Positions 1 through 15,175 of a stretch of 64,000 nt of DNA are shown in pieces; within the stretch, counting starts at the first letter, position 1; each line of letters starts with the position of its first letter. Made by a program: the position numbers and the translations under genes. This DNA comes from the human T2T-CHM13v2.0 reference genome, Homo sapiens: NCBI RefSeq assembly GCF_009914755.1, contig NC_060926.1; one strand, 5' to 3'. The notes under the pieces are model-generated. The model was not told the DNA's origin. It did no database searches and saw only the letters and a list, made by a program, of their open reading frames with translations.

Positions 1-94
1 TGACTTTCCTCTTCCCATGCGGGCCCCAGCACAGGACATATCTCTTTCCCTCTCCCTATTGCTCTTACTTATTGCTTTTTCAGCTACTTAATCT

Positions 95-235
95 TTCTTA
101 AAGTGATTTCTTAGAATCTCAGTTTTCTCCTTCTGAAATAAGGATTGATAGTATTTACTGGGCAGTGATGCTGAACAAGATAATATGCATGAAGGGACTA
201 GACAAATTCTGGTGCATAGCAGGCACTTAACACTT
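95..235 (+). mobile_element. MIR SINE fragment
   Basis: 'ctcagttttctccttctgaaataaggattgatagtattta...ctggtgcatagcaggcactt' resembles the MIR core and 3' end. Confidence 0.6.
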
Positions 236-2295
236 GTTCACATTCCCCTTGCTATCTTTGTAACTTCCAGAGGCCATGTGGTCTCTTTCCAGAGATTCAG
301 TGCCTAGCTGAAACCCAGGGTACCCAGGACACCTGGTGCTACTGGCTGGATCCAGTGTCCCGGCGCCCGTGCTATCCGTGCTACTGGCTGGATCCAGGGC
401 CAGGCGCCCAAAGATACTCAAAACAGCAAAAGGCCAATGAGGCAGTGGCGTCGGCTTAATAGCTGCTTCAAGGATGGAAATACTCAGTTTATAACTTAAA
501 TAGTATTTCATGGGAGAAAGTAAATTGGAGTAGAATTATTCATCCCTGTAGTCCCCACATGCTAATTCCACAGAGACACTTCAGCATGATGATTGCTGAA
601 ACTGCAGACCGGTAAATGGGGCACTAACACCCAGCAGCTGCATATTGGGCCTCCTCCAGAGTTTGCTGGAATGAATTGCTTCCTTGCAGGGGGACCTTAA
701 GACCTAGCTTTCCTGTGGAGGAGGAGCCTGATTCACCCTCTCCCACCTCCCCTATATTCTCCCCTCTCCCTTTCGCATTCTGTTTCACCATCGTTTTGCA
801 AATCTCACTTCTAAGAATGGTTGTTAGAGGCTCACTAGGGACACCAGGAACTAGTGGGTCATTGCCAGAGGATGAAGCAGCACAGATTGTGAATGTCAGG
901 ATTGCACAGGCAGAGAAAAGCACCTCCCCAAGCAAGAAGGAAGCACATGGGTGTGGGCAGGGGTTGGCGGAACTTGGGCCTTGTAGAAAGAAACCCAGGC
1001 ACATCATCTCACAGGGCACAGCCCAGCCTCTTCGTTTCCAGAGCCCTCTGTACAGCCCTCACTCCAGCCTTCCTTCCTGCCCTGTGCTGTGGCTACTTCC
1101 TTGGGAGACAGGAGTAAGAAGTCCAAGGGGCTTGACCCTCACTTCTTCATCCTTATCAGCTCACAGCAGAGGACGTGCTAAAGACGTGCTTATTAGTGCA
1201 GTGTATTAACAAAAACAAAAACTCATCTGCCAAGCCACCTGAGTCAGAAAGAACAGAGTTCTAGTTTTTTGTTTTTCTGCCACTGACAGGTATGCACTTT
1301 TGGCAAATCACCTCTTCATTGAGTCTTAGTTTTCTTCTTGGTGAACAGTTTCTGCAGATGTTCTGTAAGGTCTGTGAACGAGTCTAGGGCCTGAATGAAG
1401 GTGGAACTGGGCTGCCTTCCCCCTCCTCCAGCAAAGCCTATCCCCTCTGTGATTCCTGCCTCATCTTCCAGCATCCCTGAACCAGCATCTCTCAAAGTCC
1501 CCTTACTCTCATCAAAAATGGTCAAAGTCATAACAGGCGCTTTAACTTTTCCATCACACTTGATTATTGTGAAGATCAAATAAGACAAAAGTTAAGAAAT
1601 TGTAATTGTTATGTGAGGCATTGTTAGGAGTCTCACCAAACAGACATTTAGGCACAGGAAACATAGGAAGAAAGGCAACTCCTGATGGTGTATCAGGCCA
1701 CATTCAGAGCTCCAGGAAGATCACAGACAGCTGGGGGTGGATGATGGCAGAGCAGAATGCCTGGTAGACTACCTAGGAGATCTGTGATGCCTACAACTGG
1801 CTTAGGCCGGGGTCTCAATCAGATGACGATATTCTAATTATCAGTTTGTGTGGTCTCTTGGCCTGGGCTTCAAGGAGAAATTGTTAGGTCAATGGTATCT
1901 CACCAGGCTAGAAGTAGCTTGAGTCAGGGATTGGGGTTAGCATGAGTGTTCCTTGTATACTCATGGTGCATGGGACCTCAGTGAGTATGTAGGCTGTTAG
2001 GATGGGGAGGGGGATTGAAGGCTGTTTGTTTCAGTCCCCTCACTAGACACATGACAGATTTCAAACAACACATTCCAGGTCTTTACAGAGCATAATTAAA
2101 AGGCCATATTTTCTAATAGAAAGAACAGCTTATTTTATTTCACTTCTACAAGTTATTTAAAATTAGTATTTATGAAATAGAGTTTTTATAAACAGAATCC
2201 TAGACATATAGGTAGAGTGGTCACGCATGGTGCGCCCTCCAATCCCCTGAATCTTCTAGGTCCAAGATAAAATATTTCTTAGAAATCCAGCTGTC

Positions 2296-2678
<383 letters not shown>

Positions 2679-3608
2679 TTAGAAAGTCTTTGTTGTTCCT
2701 ATACTCATCTACTTTCTCTATACTCTTAGATCTTTACTGTGTTTCTGTATGATGGGATCTTTGGCATAAGACATTCCAGAGTATTAAGCATATAGTGGTA
2801 GGCTTCATCAGTGCTACCCAGGACCTTTTTACATCCAAGACAGCTTAATAGCTTCAATGGATAAAACGGCACTGACTCAGAATGCCAGTAGTGAGGTGTA
2901 CTGGGAAAGATAAACATTTACCATCACATTGTCCCTTGACGACAGGTGAGGAAACTGGGGTTCGTGGATATGCAGCAGTTACATAGTAGAGATGGGACCC
3001 CCACCCATCAGTTCTGCCTGATTCAAATTCCCCACTTTGAAAGGGGTATGTGAGTGTTCCATAGTGCAGAGGCCCAGCAGGAAGACGGGGGACTGGGAAT
3101 GGCTCAGTCACAGATTTTAGCATTGCTGCTGGCAGTTATTTATCTTCACCACCTCCTATGTGCCAGGTGCTGTGTACCATGAGATAGTTCTACTTTGGGC
3201 AGATTAATGCTTGAATAAACTCATTGAAACTTTGCTTTCGACCCATGAATAAAACTACCTAGCCTGGACTCTTGCCTTCTTCCCAAAGAAGGTGGTGGCT
3301 ACTCAAGTATTATAGAAATACACTACAGGGCTGAATTGGTTCTTTCCATGAAGAAGTTCCATTTTCTTGACTCGAAACTGAGGAAATGTTTGAACAGGCC
3401 CATCCAGGTGGGAGTGTCACCCAGTTGATGTGGTTGTGTTCTGATGAAGCTTTGGACTGTGGTATGTTATTACATACCATGGTAAACAAGCTTCTGCTGG
3501 GTGGTCGTCATGTCAAGGACTGGGGGATCTGCCTCTCCTGGCTCTGTCCTTATTGGTCAAATATGTAGTCTTGATCCATGGCTGGGTGGTAGCCTGGAGA
3601 CTCATCTA

Positions 3609-3860
3609 CTCATTCATTCATTCATTCATTCATTCATTCATTCAAATACTAACTGAGTACCTATCAGAGCCAGGCACTATGGCAGGAGCTGGGACACAGA
3701 GGAAGAGATCATAAATACCACCCCTCCTCTCAGGAAGCTCCAGTTTTATGAGAGTGATGCATAGCAATTAACTAAACCTACAAATACCTGTGCAATTACA
3801 ACTGTGGTAAGTCCTATGAAAAAGAACGGTCATGAGAACATGCAACAAGGGGATCTATTT
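3609..3860 (-). mobile_element. L2 3' end with expanded (TTCA)n tail
   Basis: (CATT)n run at ~3609-3644 followed by 'actgagtacctatcagagccaggcact...ctcaggaagctccag', typical of a reverse-oriented L2 terminus. Confidence 0.7.
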
Positions 3861-3989
3861 TATTTATTATAAAATAAATTAAATACATAAAGGATGGATG
3901 GATTTGATCTGCTGGCCATAGTTTACTGACCTCTGTACTAAATAGTTAACATATTAATTAAGGCTTCTAAAGGAAAGGGAAATGAAATT

Positions 3990-4270
3990 AACATTTGTTT
4001 AAGCATTCAATATAGGATATTTAACCAATGGGGCTGTCCAGGTATCATGTAGACTCTTCATAGCTATCATTTCTTATGAACTGCTCCATCAGTCAGGTAT
4101 TACCATCCATATTTTACCCCTAAGAAAACGGAGGCACAAAGCAATTCAGTCATTTGCCTCAGGTCACACTGCTAGCAAGGAATTTGGGCAGAGGAGGAAT
4201 CTGAACAGGCCTCTCAGGCTAGGATCAGAGATCAGACAGGATTTGAATCCAGGCTATCTGACTTTAGCAT
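3990..4270 (-). mobile_element. MIR SINE fragment
   Basis: 'taccatccatattttacccctaagaaaacggaggcac...tttgcctcaggtcacactgctag...ggatttgaatccagg'. Confidence 0.7.
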
Positions 4271-6839
4271 CTGCAATTTTTTGATTAAAATGAGAGCAGC
4301 AAAGGAGAATCTATGCTGGCTGGTTTCCCCACTGCAGCCATGAAGGTATAGCTATGCACGTGGTCAGCTCCGTTGGAACACGGGCTTAGCTGTCCTTTCT
4401 TTGCTGCTCAGTGGACAGTGGCATCTTTCTATGCCCTTAAGCCACTAGGTCTCTACATAGAGAATTAGGAACTGTTGTATAGGAAGTAGAATATGTCAGA
4501 GCTTTATTTTCCCAACATATAAACATGTAAATCATCAGTGTTCAATATTCTGGTAACAAAGTAATCTCCTTCCTGTTGAGCTGAAGATAAGGGATTTGAG
4601 AGGCTCCGTTGGGGAGAAATAAAAACCCGACTTGTAAGTTTATTTGAGACAAAGCCAAAATACTAACATCGCATTCAGAAGGGGGAAAACAGTGAGGGGA
4701 GGCGTGAGAGGAGCACTGGAAAGATTAGACATCAGGTAATGCAACAGCCCTGGTCAGCCTCTTTAGCAAAATAGAAATAAAAATGTAGCTCATTAATTCT
4801 AGGTGCACATCCAGGTTGTTAACGGAGAGAGGAGACATAGTTCAGAAATCTGCTTTTCTTTCTTTTAAATGAACATGTTTCCATTAAAATGGAAATTAAA
4901 GCCTCATCATATGAAGCAGTCATTTTCTGGGTACTATATGATTATCTCTATCTTTCCTGGCCACAATGAGAATGGAAATACTCACATTCATCCATTAGCC
5001 TTTGGAAGTTACTACTCTGAAATTCTCAAAGTAGCCTCCTTTCCTTAGCATTGAATGTAGACAGTATTTTTAGGGGTAGGAGGCTGGGTGGATGTAAGTA
5101 CACACCTTTTCCCACTCAAGTTAATTCAGAAAGGCAAGGGGCTAATGAAAATGAGGGTGGAATGTTGGAAGTGGCAGAAAAGTTTTGTTTTACTTTTTGA
5201 AAAAAAAGCAAAGGCAGGTAAATGTACATTTGGAAAAATGATTTTAAGGAAATCAAATTTGCCTGCAAAGTTTACACAAGCAGATCATGTGAGGCATGTG
5301 CTTAAAATGAGCAGTGGATGGAGTTGCTTTTGTCTTGGGTAGTTCCTGATTCGTCTGTTTCAAGAGGTGCTGTCAGGGAGTTCTTGAAAAGGCTGTTCCT
5401 GGGATTCTGCCAAACCAAATACTGTCATCTCCCTCTGAAGACTCAACTCAGGGTGGCCCCTTAAGAAGCCCTCCTTGAGGCCTTTCTCTAATCTTCTCCA
5501 TCATCATTATCTGTTGAAATTAAAATGCATCCTGAGGGCATGCTGCCCAGTGGCTTTATATCTTGTCTGCACAATGAGATTGTAAGCTCCTTGAGGAAAA
5601 GGACCAGGTTGTGTGTGAATTATGCATTCCTTGTGGTGTCTAGAATAATATCAAGTTCAGAAGACTCAGGTATCACTTGAGATGTCTCTTTCTGGCCCCT
5701 CCAATGGTCTGAATAAATCTGACTCAAACTCCCAGTTTAACAGTCTTGATGAAGCCCAAAGCCCTATCCATGATACGTGAGAATTCTTATTGTTTTTCTT
5801 TTGATGGGTCCCATTGTGACTAGTTCAAAATACTGGAGACTATGTCTTTTTTCCTTCTCATTAACATGGTTACAAAACTCTCTCTTTTATAAACTTCCAT
5901 AAAATCTGGTGAGTCTCTTAAGAACTGGGTATTTAGAGACCTCAGGAAGGTCTCATTGGGCAACACATATAATCTTTTCAGCTCTCTCTCTTCCTCTCTT
6001 ATCTCCCTCTAGTATTACCTCAGAAGCTAGAAGCCATTCTTCCTTTAGTATTTGGGATCTTCTAGCTCCTCCAGTTTGCAAATCCACATTTATATGGTCT
6101 CAGCAGAACAAAGCCAACTCATAACAGGACCCACCATCCTCAGAAAATAGCTGGAGTTTTAAATGTTAACTTTTCCCTATTCCATTGAACAGAACTTGTT
6201 GCCTCTCCAAGATAAAACCCTCCCTAATGAAACCGCTTTACAACACTTACAACTTTATTTAACAGCAGAAAGCTCAAAGCTGCCATGCAGAGGGAAGCTA
6301 TGTAGACTCTGGAAGCCTTGAAGCTTAGGAGCATAGGAATTACAGCTCTGTCTGGTTGGCTTAACCACATCCAGGCATGGAGGCAAGGAAAAAAAAAAAA
6401 AACTCAAAGCTTTGTTTGGAGGATGGTACTAGGAAAGAACTAGGAAACTAGTGAGAGAAGGTACCAAGCTATGCCTTTGTCCACCCACTATTCAATTTAC
6501 AAATATTTCTTGGTCCTATATCAGGCACTCTATTGGGTACTAGGAATAAATACGCAGATGAATGAGGCATGGCTCTTTCCCCAAAAAGGACTTATATGTG
6601 CTCAAAATGTGTTACAGAAATCCCATGAGGATTCTTGGATATTCCAAGAGGGTCAAATTTCATTGCTCTGTTTTTCATACCTGGGACTGGGCTTTAGTAG
6701 ACTCTCTCTGGTTTCCTGAAGCTTCATACCCCACATCTGCCCTACTGTGAGAGTCCAACCCCAGGGCTCTAGCTGGCTTCTCTCAACTGTTCTACAGTTT
6801 TCTAGGCCACAGCTTGAGATGTGACAGAAAGGAGAAAGG

Positions 6840-7050
6840 AAACATTTATTGCACTCTACTTGATCTTTCATGTATACTATTTCAAATGATTCTGTGACAA
6901 TCTGCTTTCAGCCCTCTTTTATGGAGGAGGACACAGAGTTCAGGGTAGTTAATGCCTTGCCTAAAGTAAACCAACTGGAGGGGAGGCAGTGAGTGGAGAG
7001 GAGATGAAGCTCAATCCTAGAGCCTCCAGCCTCTGCTTCCACCTTCTGGC
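6840..7050 (-). mobile_element. MIR SINE fragment
   Basis: 'aacatttattgcactctact...ttttatggaggaggacacagagttcag...cttgcctaaagt'. Confidence 0.55.
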
Positions 7051-7399
7051 TAGCTCGCCACTAAGTCCATTTAAGGTGTCGGCTCACACTTTCTGAGTGT
7101 TCCATTTTCTCATTCCTTGTGCCAATTCTCATGCCAGGATTAAAGTTGCCAAATATTTAGGTCTCAGGAGAAGGTTGTTTCACAATAGCCTCTCTTATCC
7201 CCTGGGCCTCCTTTCTCAAGAAGGCAGAAGGTTCGCAGTAAGTTTGGCAAACAAGTCTAGTGTATGTTGCCAAACCAGAAACAATTATTCCTGTCTCTCT
7301 TACAAGCTCTTCAGTTAAGTCTCTGAAAATCAAATGTGGTGGGTAAAAGCAATGAATAATAACGATAGAAATACCTAATCCACTGGAGGGAAGAGGTCA

Positions 7400-8110
7400 T
7401 TCAGTTATTCATGCGTTTATGAACACATTTTTGAGTGCCAGGAACTGTGCAAGGTGCTGGAGACATAAGACAGATAAGACAAATAAGGAATTTACAGGCT
7501 GTTAGAGAGTAGGATGTGCTAACCAGAGGGGAGTGCAGGTTACCAGAGGAGAGGTCAGGTTAACCAGCTGGGAGGGAAGGTTACCAGAGGAGAGGGCAAT
7601 CAAATCAGAGGGTGTGTGTTATTAACTCAAATTCGGCTGATTCTCAAAATCATCCCAGTTGTTTTATAAATATATGGATTCCTGGGCTCTACCCATGGCC
7701 TAATGAATTGGAATCTTCCAGAGCCATTATCTATACTTTTAATAAGCTCCCTCATTGATTGAAACAATCATGATAGTTGTGGAGTAAGGTCTCACAGACA
7801 CAGTATAGAGAACTTTGCTCTGGGTGCAGGGTGGATGCCAAGGAGGGGTCAGCTGATGTGATTCTGGGCTTTGTAGAGGGGGTAATATCTGAAGTGAGCC
7901 CTCAGAATTACAGACAAGCAAGTTAGGTGCATGGGGTGCTAACAAGGGAGGGAGGAAGGCCTCACCTGAGCAGAGGCCCTGTGGTGTGAGCTGCCACAAT
8001 GAACCCAGGAGGTTTGGTTGGGCTATAGTCTGAGGTGCAAGCGAGGACAGGGTTAGAGAAAAGGTAGAAAGCAGGCTGGATCCTGATTGGCCTTGCTGAT
8101 ACTGCTAACA
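7400..8110 (-). mobile_element. L2 fragment interrupted by a MER5-type hAT MITE (~7630-7790)
   Basis: L2 tail 'cattcagttattcatg...tttgagtgccaggaactgtgcaaggtgctggaga'; MER5-like 'gattcctgggctctaccc...ttttaataagctccc'. Confidence 0.55.
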
Positions 8111-8543
8111 AGTTTGAATTTTACTTTTTCTTGACATATTTTCATTTCAAAACATTTTTGACCATGTTTTCTTTTCAAAAACATTACTTTAGAACTTCTG
8201 GAACAAGATGGAAATATGACTCTTCCAGCTTTAGCTCTTGTCTTCCTTCCATTGAAATGTCCAAAGAAATTTATAAAAAAAGAAAACATCAGGGAAGGAT
8301 GCCTTCTTCGAACCAGAAGTATTGGCACTATTTTGCATTGGTTAACACTGATCGAGCATTACTGTGTGTAGGCATTGTCTGAAATGTTCAGCATCTATTA
8401 GCTAATTGAGTTTTCATGGTATTCCATAAAGGAGGTGCTGTCACTAAGCCGCACTGATGAGCTATTATTGTCCTCCTGTTACAGATGAAGAAACTATGGC
8501 ACAGGGAAGATTACTAACTCCAACGGTCTCATGACTAGTGATA

Positions 8544-8605
8544 TTAGGTTGGTGCAAAATAAAAGCAAATTGGCAAAAACCGCAATTACTTTTGCACCAA
8601 CCTAA
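8544..8605. mobile_element. MADE1 (Hsmar1-derived MITE), internally deleted, inserted in a MIR
   Basis: TTAGGTTGGTGCAAAA...TTTTGCACCAACCTAA terminal inverted repeats with TA TSDs at 8542-8543 and 8606-8607. The flanks (~8340-8670) are reverse MIR. Confidence 0.9.
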
Positions 8606-9299
8606 TAGTATTTGGACCCAAGGAGACTGGCTCTGGAGACTGGACGCTTACTCACAGCATTGTATTGCCTGATATATTGTGAAATGTGGTGCTAGTGGCC
8701 TGGATTGACTGATGAGCCCACTGCCCCCAATTCTGTGCATATGAAGGAAAAGTTGATTCAGGCAGTGGGTGAACGGGGTACATAGTGTAACCTCCCTAAC
8801 TTCCAAGCGTGTAGAGGGAATATTCTAATGCTGGTACATAGAACAAAGGAGGAGGATCAATTCCTCACCTGCTTAGCAGTGAAGCTCCCTGCCACAGGAC
8901 TGTTTTCCTTGGTAATTATTTTCCTAGTTTCCACGATCATGGGGAACTTTAACTTGGCACAAATGTTCCTAACTTTCAGCCGTAGGGTCCAGACTCCATG
9001 GGGCCACTATTGGGACAATAAGTGTGGTCTTACATAAGTATACAGAAGTTCAGTGGGAGCTGATCGATGGAGCTCCCTGGACTGGAGAGGTGTGATAATT
9101 AAAGCGTGGGCACAGCCTGTGGGCTTCTGAGATAAAGTGGACTTCACGATAGACTGGAAGGAATCCTTCAGCACAACATGAGTTCTCTTTGGTGCAGATG
9201 CCTTTCACTGTGGCCTCTTCCTGCTCCTCACAGCCAACTATGTTGCCACAAACTGAAGCTGCAAATTTATCTTTTTCTTTTTCTTGGATATAAGATTTG

Positions 9300-10620
9300 A
9301 ATAAGCATCCCCACAGCCTCAGAGAGAAATGATCCTAACTTGGAACCATGGACATACAGTGCTTTCTCAGGAAAGATGGATAAACAGAAAAATCACTGGG
9401 TCTATGAAATGATTTAGCAGTTTGAAGAAACTCATCCGAAGAATCAAAGCAAATATTTTCCACTAAAAGAAGCTTATTCCAAAAAGTGAGACATAACCAA
9501 AAAGAAAACTGATTCATATTATCAATGAGACTTGAGATTCAAGCACTCATTCTATCCACAACTAACAAACTGATATCAGAAATATTACTGTTAAACATTT
9601 AAAAAATTAAATGTGAATTTATCTTATAAATTTGTGAATTCAAATTTTAAATTTCAAATTTTTAACTGGAAGTGGTAGCAATGAATAACAGATTGGATAG
9701 CACAGAAAATGACACTGATGATTTGAAAGTCCACTTTGAGGAGTTCCCCAAAAACCAAGAAGCAAAAGATAGAGATGAATATAATATGTAAAATATAAGA
9801 GATATGAGGGGTAGGTTTAGGAGATAAAATAGAGTATAGTAGGAATTTTAGAAAGAAATACAATAATCAATACATTTGGAATGTATTAACACAGCCTGAG
9901 CGGAATAAGATTTTAAGTTAAATGGATCCTTTCTAGAAAAAGCATTACCATAAAGATGATTCACTGTTAATATCATTTATTGTATGATTAGATCAAAAGA
10001 GAAAAAATTTATAATCATTTCTTTGGATGACTAAAAGACATTTAATAAAAATGTATCATCACTTCTAATATAAGATAGAAATAGAATAATATGTCTTTAA
10101 TTAAATAAAGTGTATATATTTTATTTAATGGTGAAAATATCTTAAATGCAATGATGAAAAATAGAAGTGGTCTGTCTGTGAGTCAGAAACTATGGTAATG
10201 ACCATTATTATTAGTAGTAACATTGTTCTAGGAATGCGAGTCAATGCAACTAAGACAAGAAAAAGGAATAAGATATAAATAGTGTAAAGTAGGAGATAAC
10301 TATAATTATTGTAGATGATAGCTTATCTAAAAAACCAAAGAAAATCAACTGAAAAACAAGACAAATTCAATTTCAGAATGCTGCTGGTTTCAAAACAAAT
10401 GTGTTAAAGATCAATAACTTTTCTATATAACAGCATAGCCATTTACATAATATAATGGAAATAAGTTCACAATGGTCATGAGAGTATATAATATCTAGAC
10501 ATAAACACGTACTGAAATATGTGGGACTTATATGAATGAAACTGTCAAATATTCCTTTACTAAAAGAAATAGAAATTTGAGTAAGCAAAGAAGCATTACA
10601 TGCTGCTGAATGGGCAGACC
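9300..10620 (+). mobile_element. Ancient L1M (ORF2-derived) fragments
   Basis: A-rich plus strand with degenerate ORF2 phrases ('ataatcatttctttggatgactaaaagacatttaataaaa', 'gcaactaagacaagaaaaaggaataaga'). Confidence 0.65.
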
Positions 10621-10659
10621 TAATACTGCACTGTTGGAATACTCTAGTACAGTCACTTT

Positions 10660-11460
<801 letters not shown>

Positions 11461-11499
11461 ACCAAAGTGGAGATGAGGATTATTGCGTTACTTGTGATG

Positions 11500-11670
11500 C
11501 TAATAACCATAGAGGAGCCAGCACATGTGGAATCTACTAGTTACTGAGTGAAGTCACCAAACCCTAATGAGTCTCAATTTCCTCATCTATAAAATAGAGT
11601 TGCAGTTGCAGTAAAAAAGTGTGATAATGACTGTAAAATGCTTTTTAAACTATAAACCACTATACAAACA
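11500..11670 (+). mobile_element. MIR SINE fragment
   Basis: 'gagtctcaatttcctcatctataaaatagag' is the MIR core. Confidence 0.7.
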
Positions 11671-12267
11671 GATGGCATTATTTTTGGTTCTGGTGATCTT
11701 CCAGGCAATATTTTAACATGAAATGTGCTAATGATGATGGCACTGAAATAATGGCCTTGAACGATTTCCCCATCACCTCTTCTGTGGTCCCAGTGTTTCA
11801 TTCCAGGATGGGTTCTGTAACCCTTTTAACACAGAAACACAATCTGCTGTGTGCATTTACACTGATGCAAACTAAGCTGCTGGGGGAAGTCAACTGATCT
11901 GAAATGTTTTGCAATACTGTGCATTGTTTCAGCCATCAGACGGTGAGTAGGATTCCTGTTCCAGTCAAGTTAGGTGGCAGAATATTTTCCTGTTTGTCGA
12001 AGCAGATGCCAGCACTTAAATAAACACCATGTTCCTTCCCAGAATTTAGCTGGAAAATGCCCCCACCAAAGAGAACCCTGAGATGCTTGGCACATGGCCA
12101 AAACCAGCTAACATTTCAATTTTCCTTTACTCCTATTGTGTGGCCATAGGGCTGATATTTCCCCAGAACCTCAGTGGGAACATTCCAGTGACAACTACCA
12201 AGTGGTCATAACATAATGGGTTTATCCCCACATTCCTTTCATCCTTTATCCATCCCTATAAAGTGTA

Positions 12268-14990
<2,723 letters not shown>

Positions 14991-15175
14991 GTGAATTCAC
15001 TACAAACTCTATTTGTTAAGCATTATGAAACACCAGACACTTTGCCAGGAATAAGGCTTAAAAAGGTGAATGACATTGAATTGCCCTTGAAAAGCTCAGA
15101 ATTTAGTGAAAAAGAGAAACATGCTATAATTTAATTACAATTTGGTGAGGTAGGAACTTTAATAAGCATATGCTC

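Noticed and set aside
336-397. Repeat-spacer-repeat with palindromic repeat, superficially CRISPR-like
   Set aside because: Only two copies, the spacer itself repeats part of the unit, there are no cas genes, and the context is a human intron.
624-1209. Overlapping 177-aa (+) and 131-aa (-) ORFs
   Set aside because: The 177-aa frame starts at TTG, neither has a recognisable domain, both have low-complexity S/P/L/C composition, and the location is intronic. Consistent with chance ORFs.
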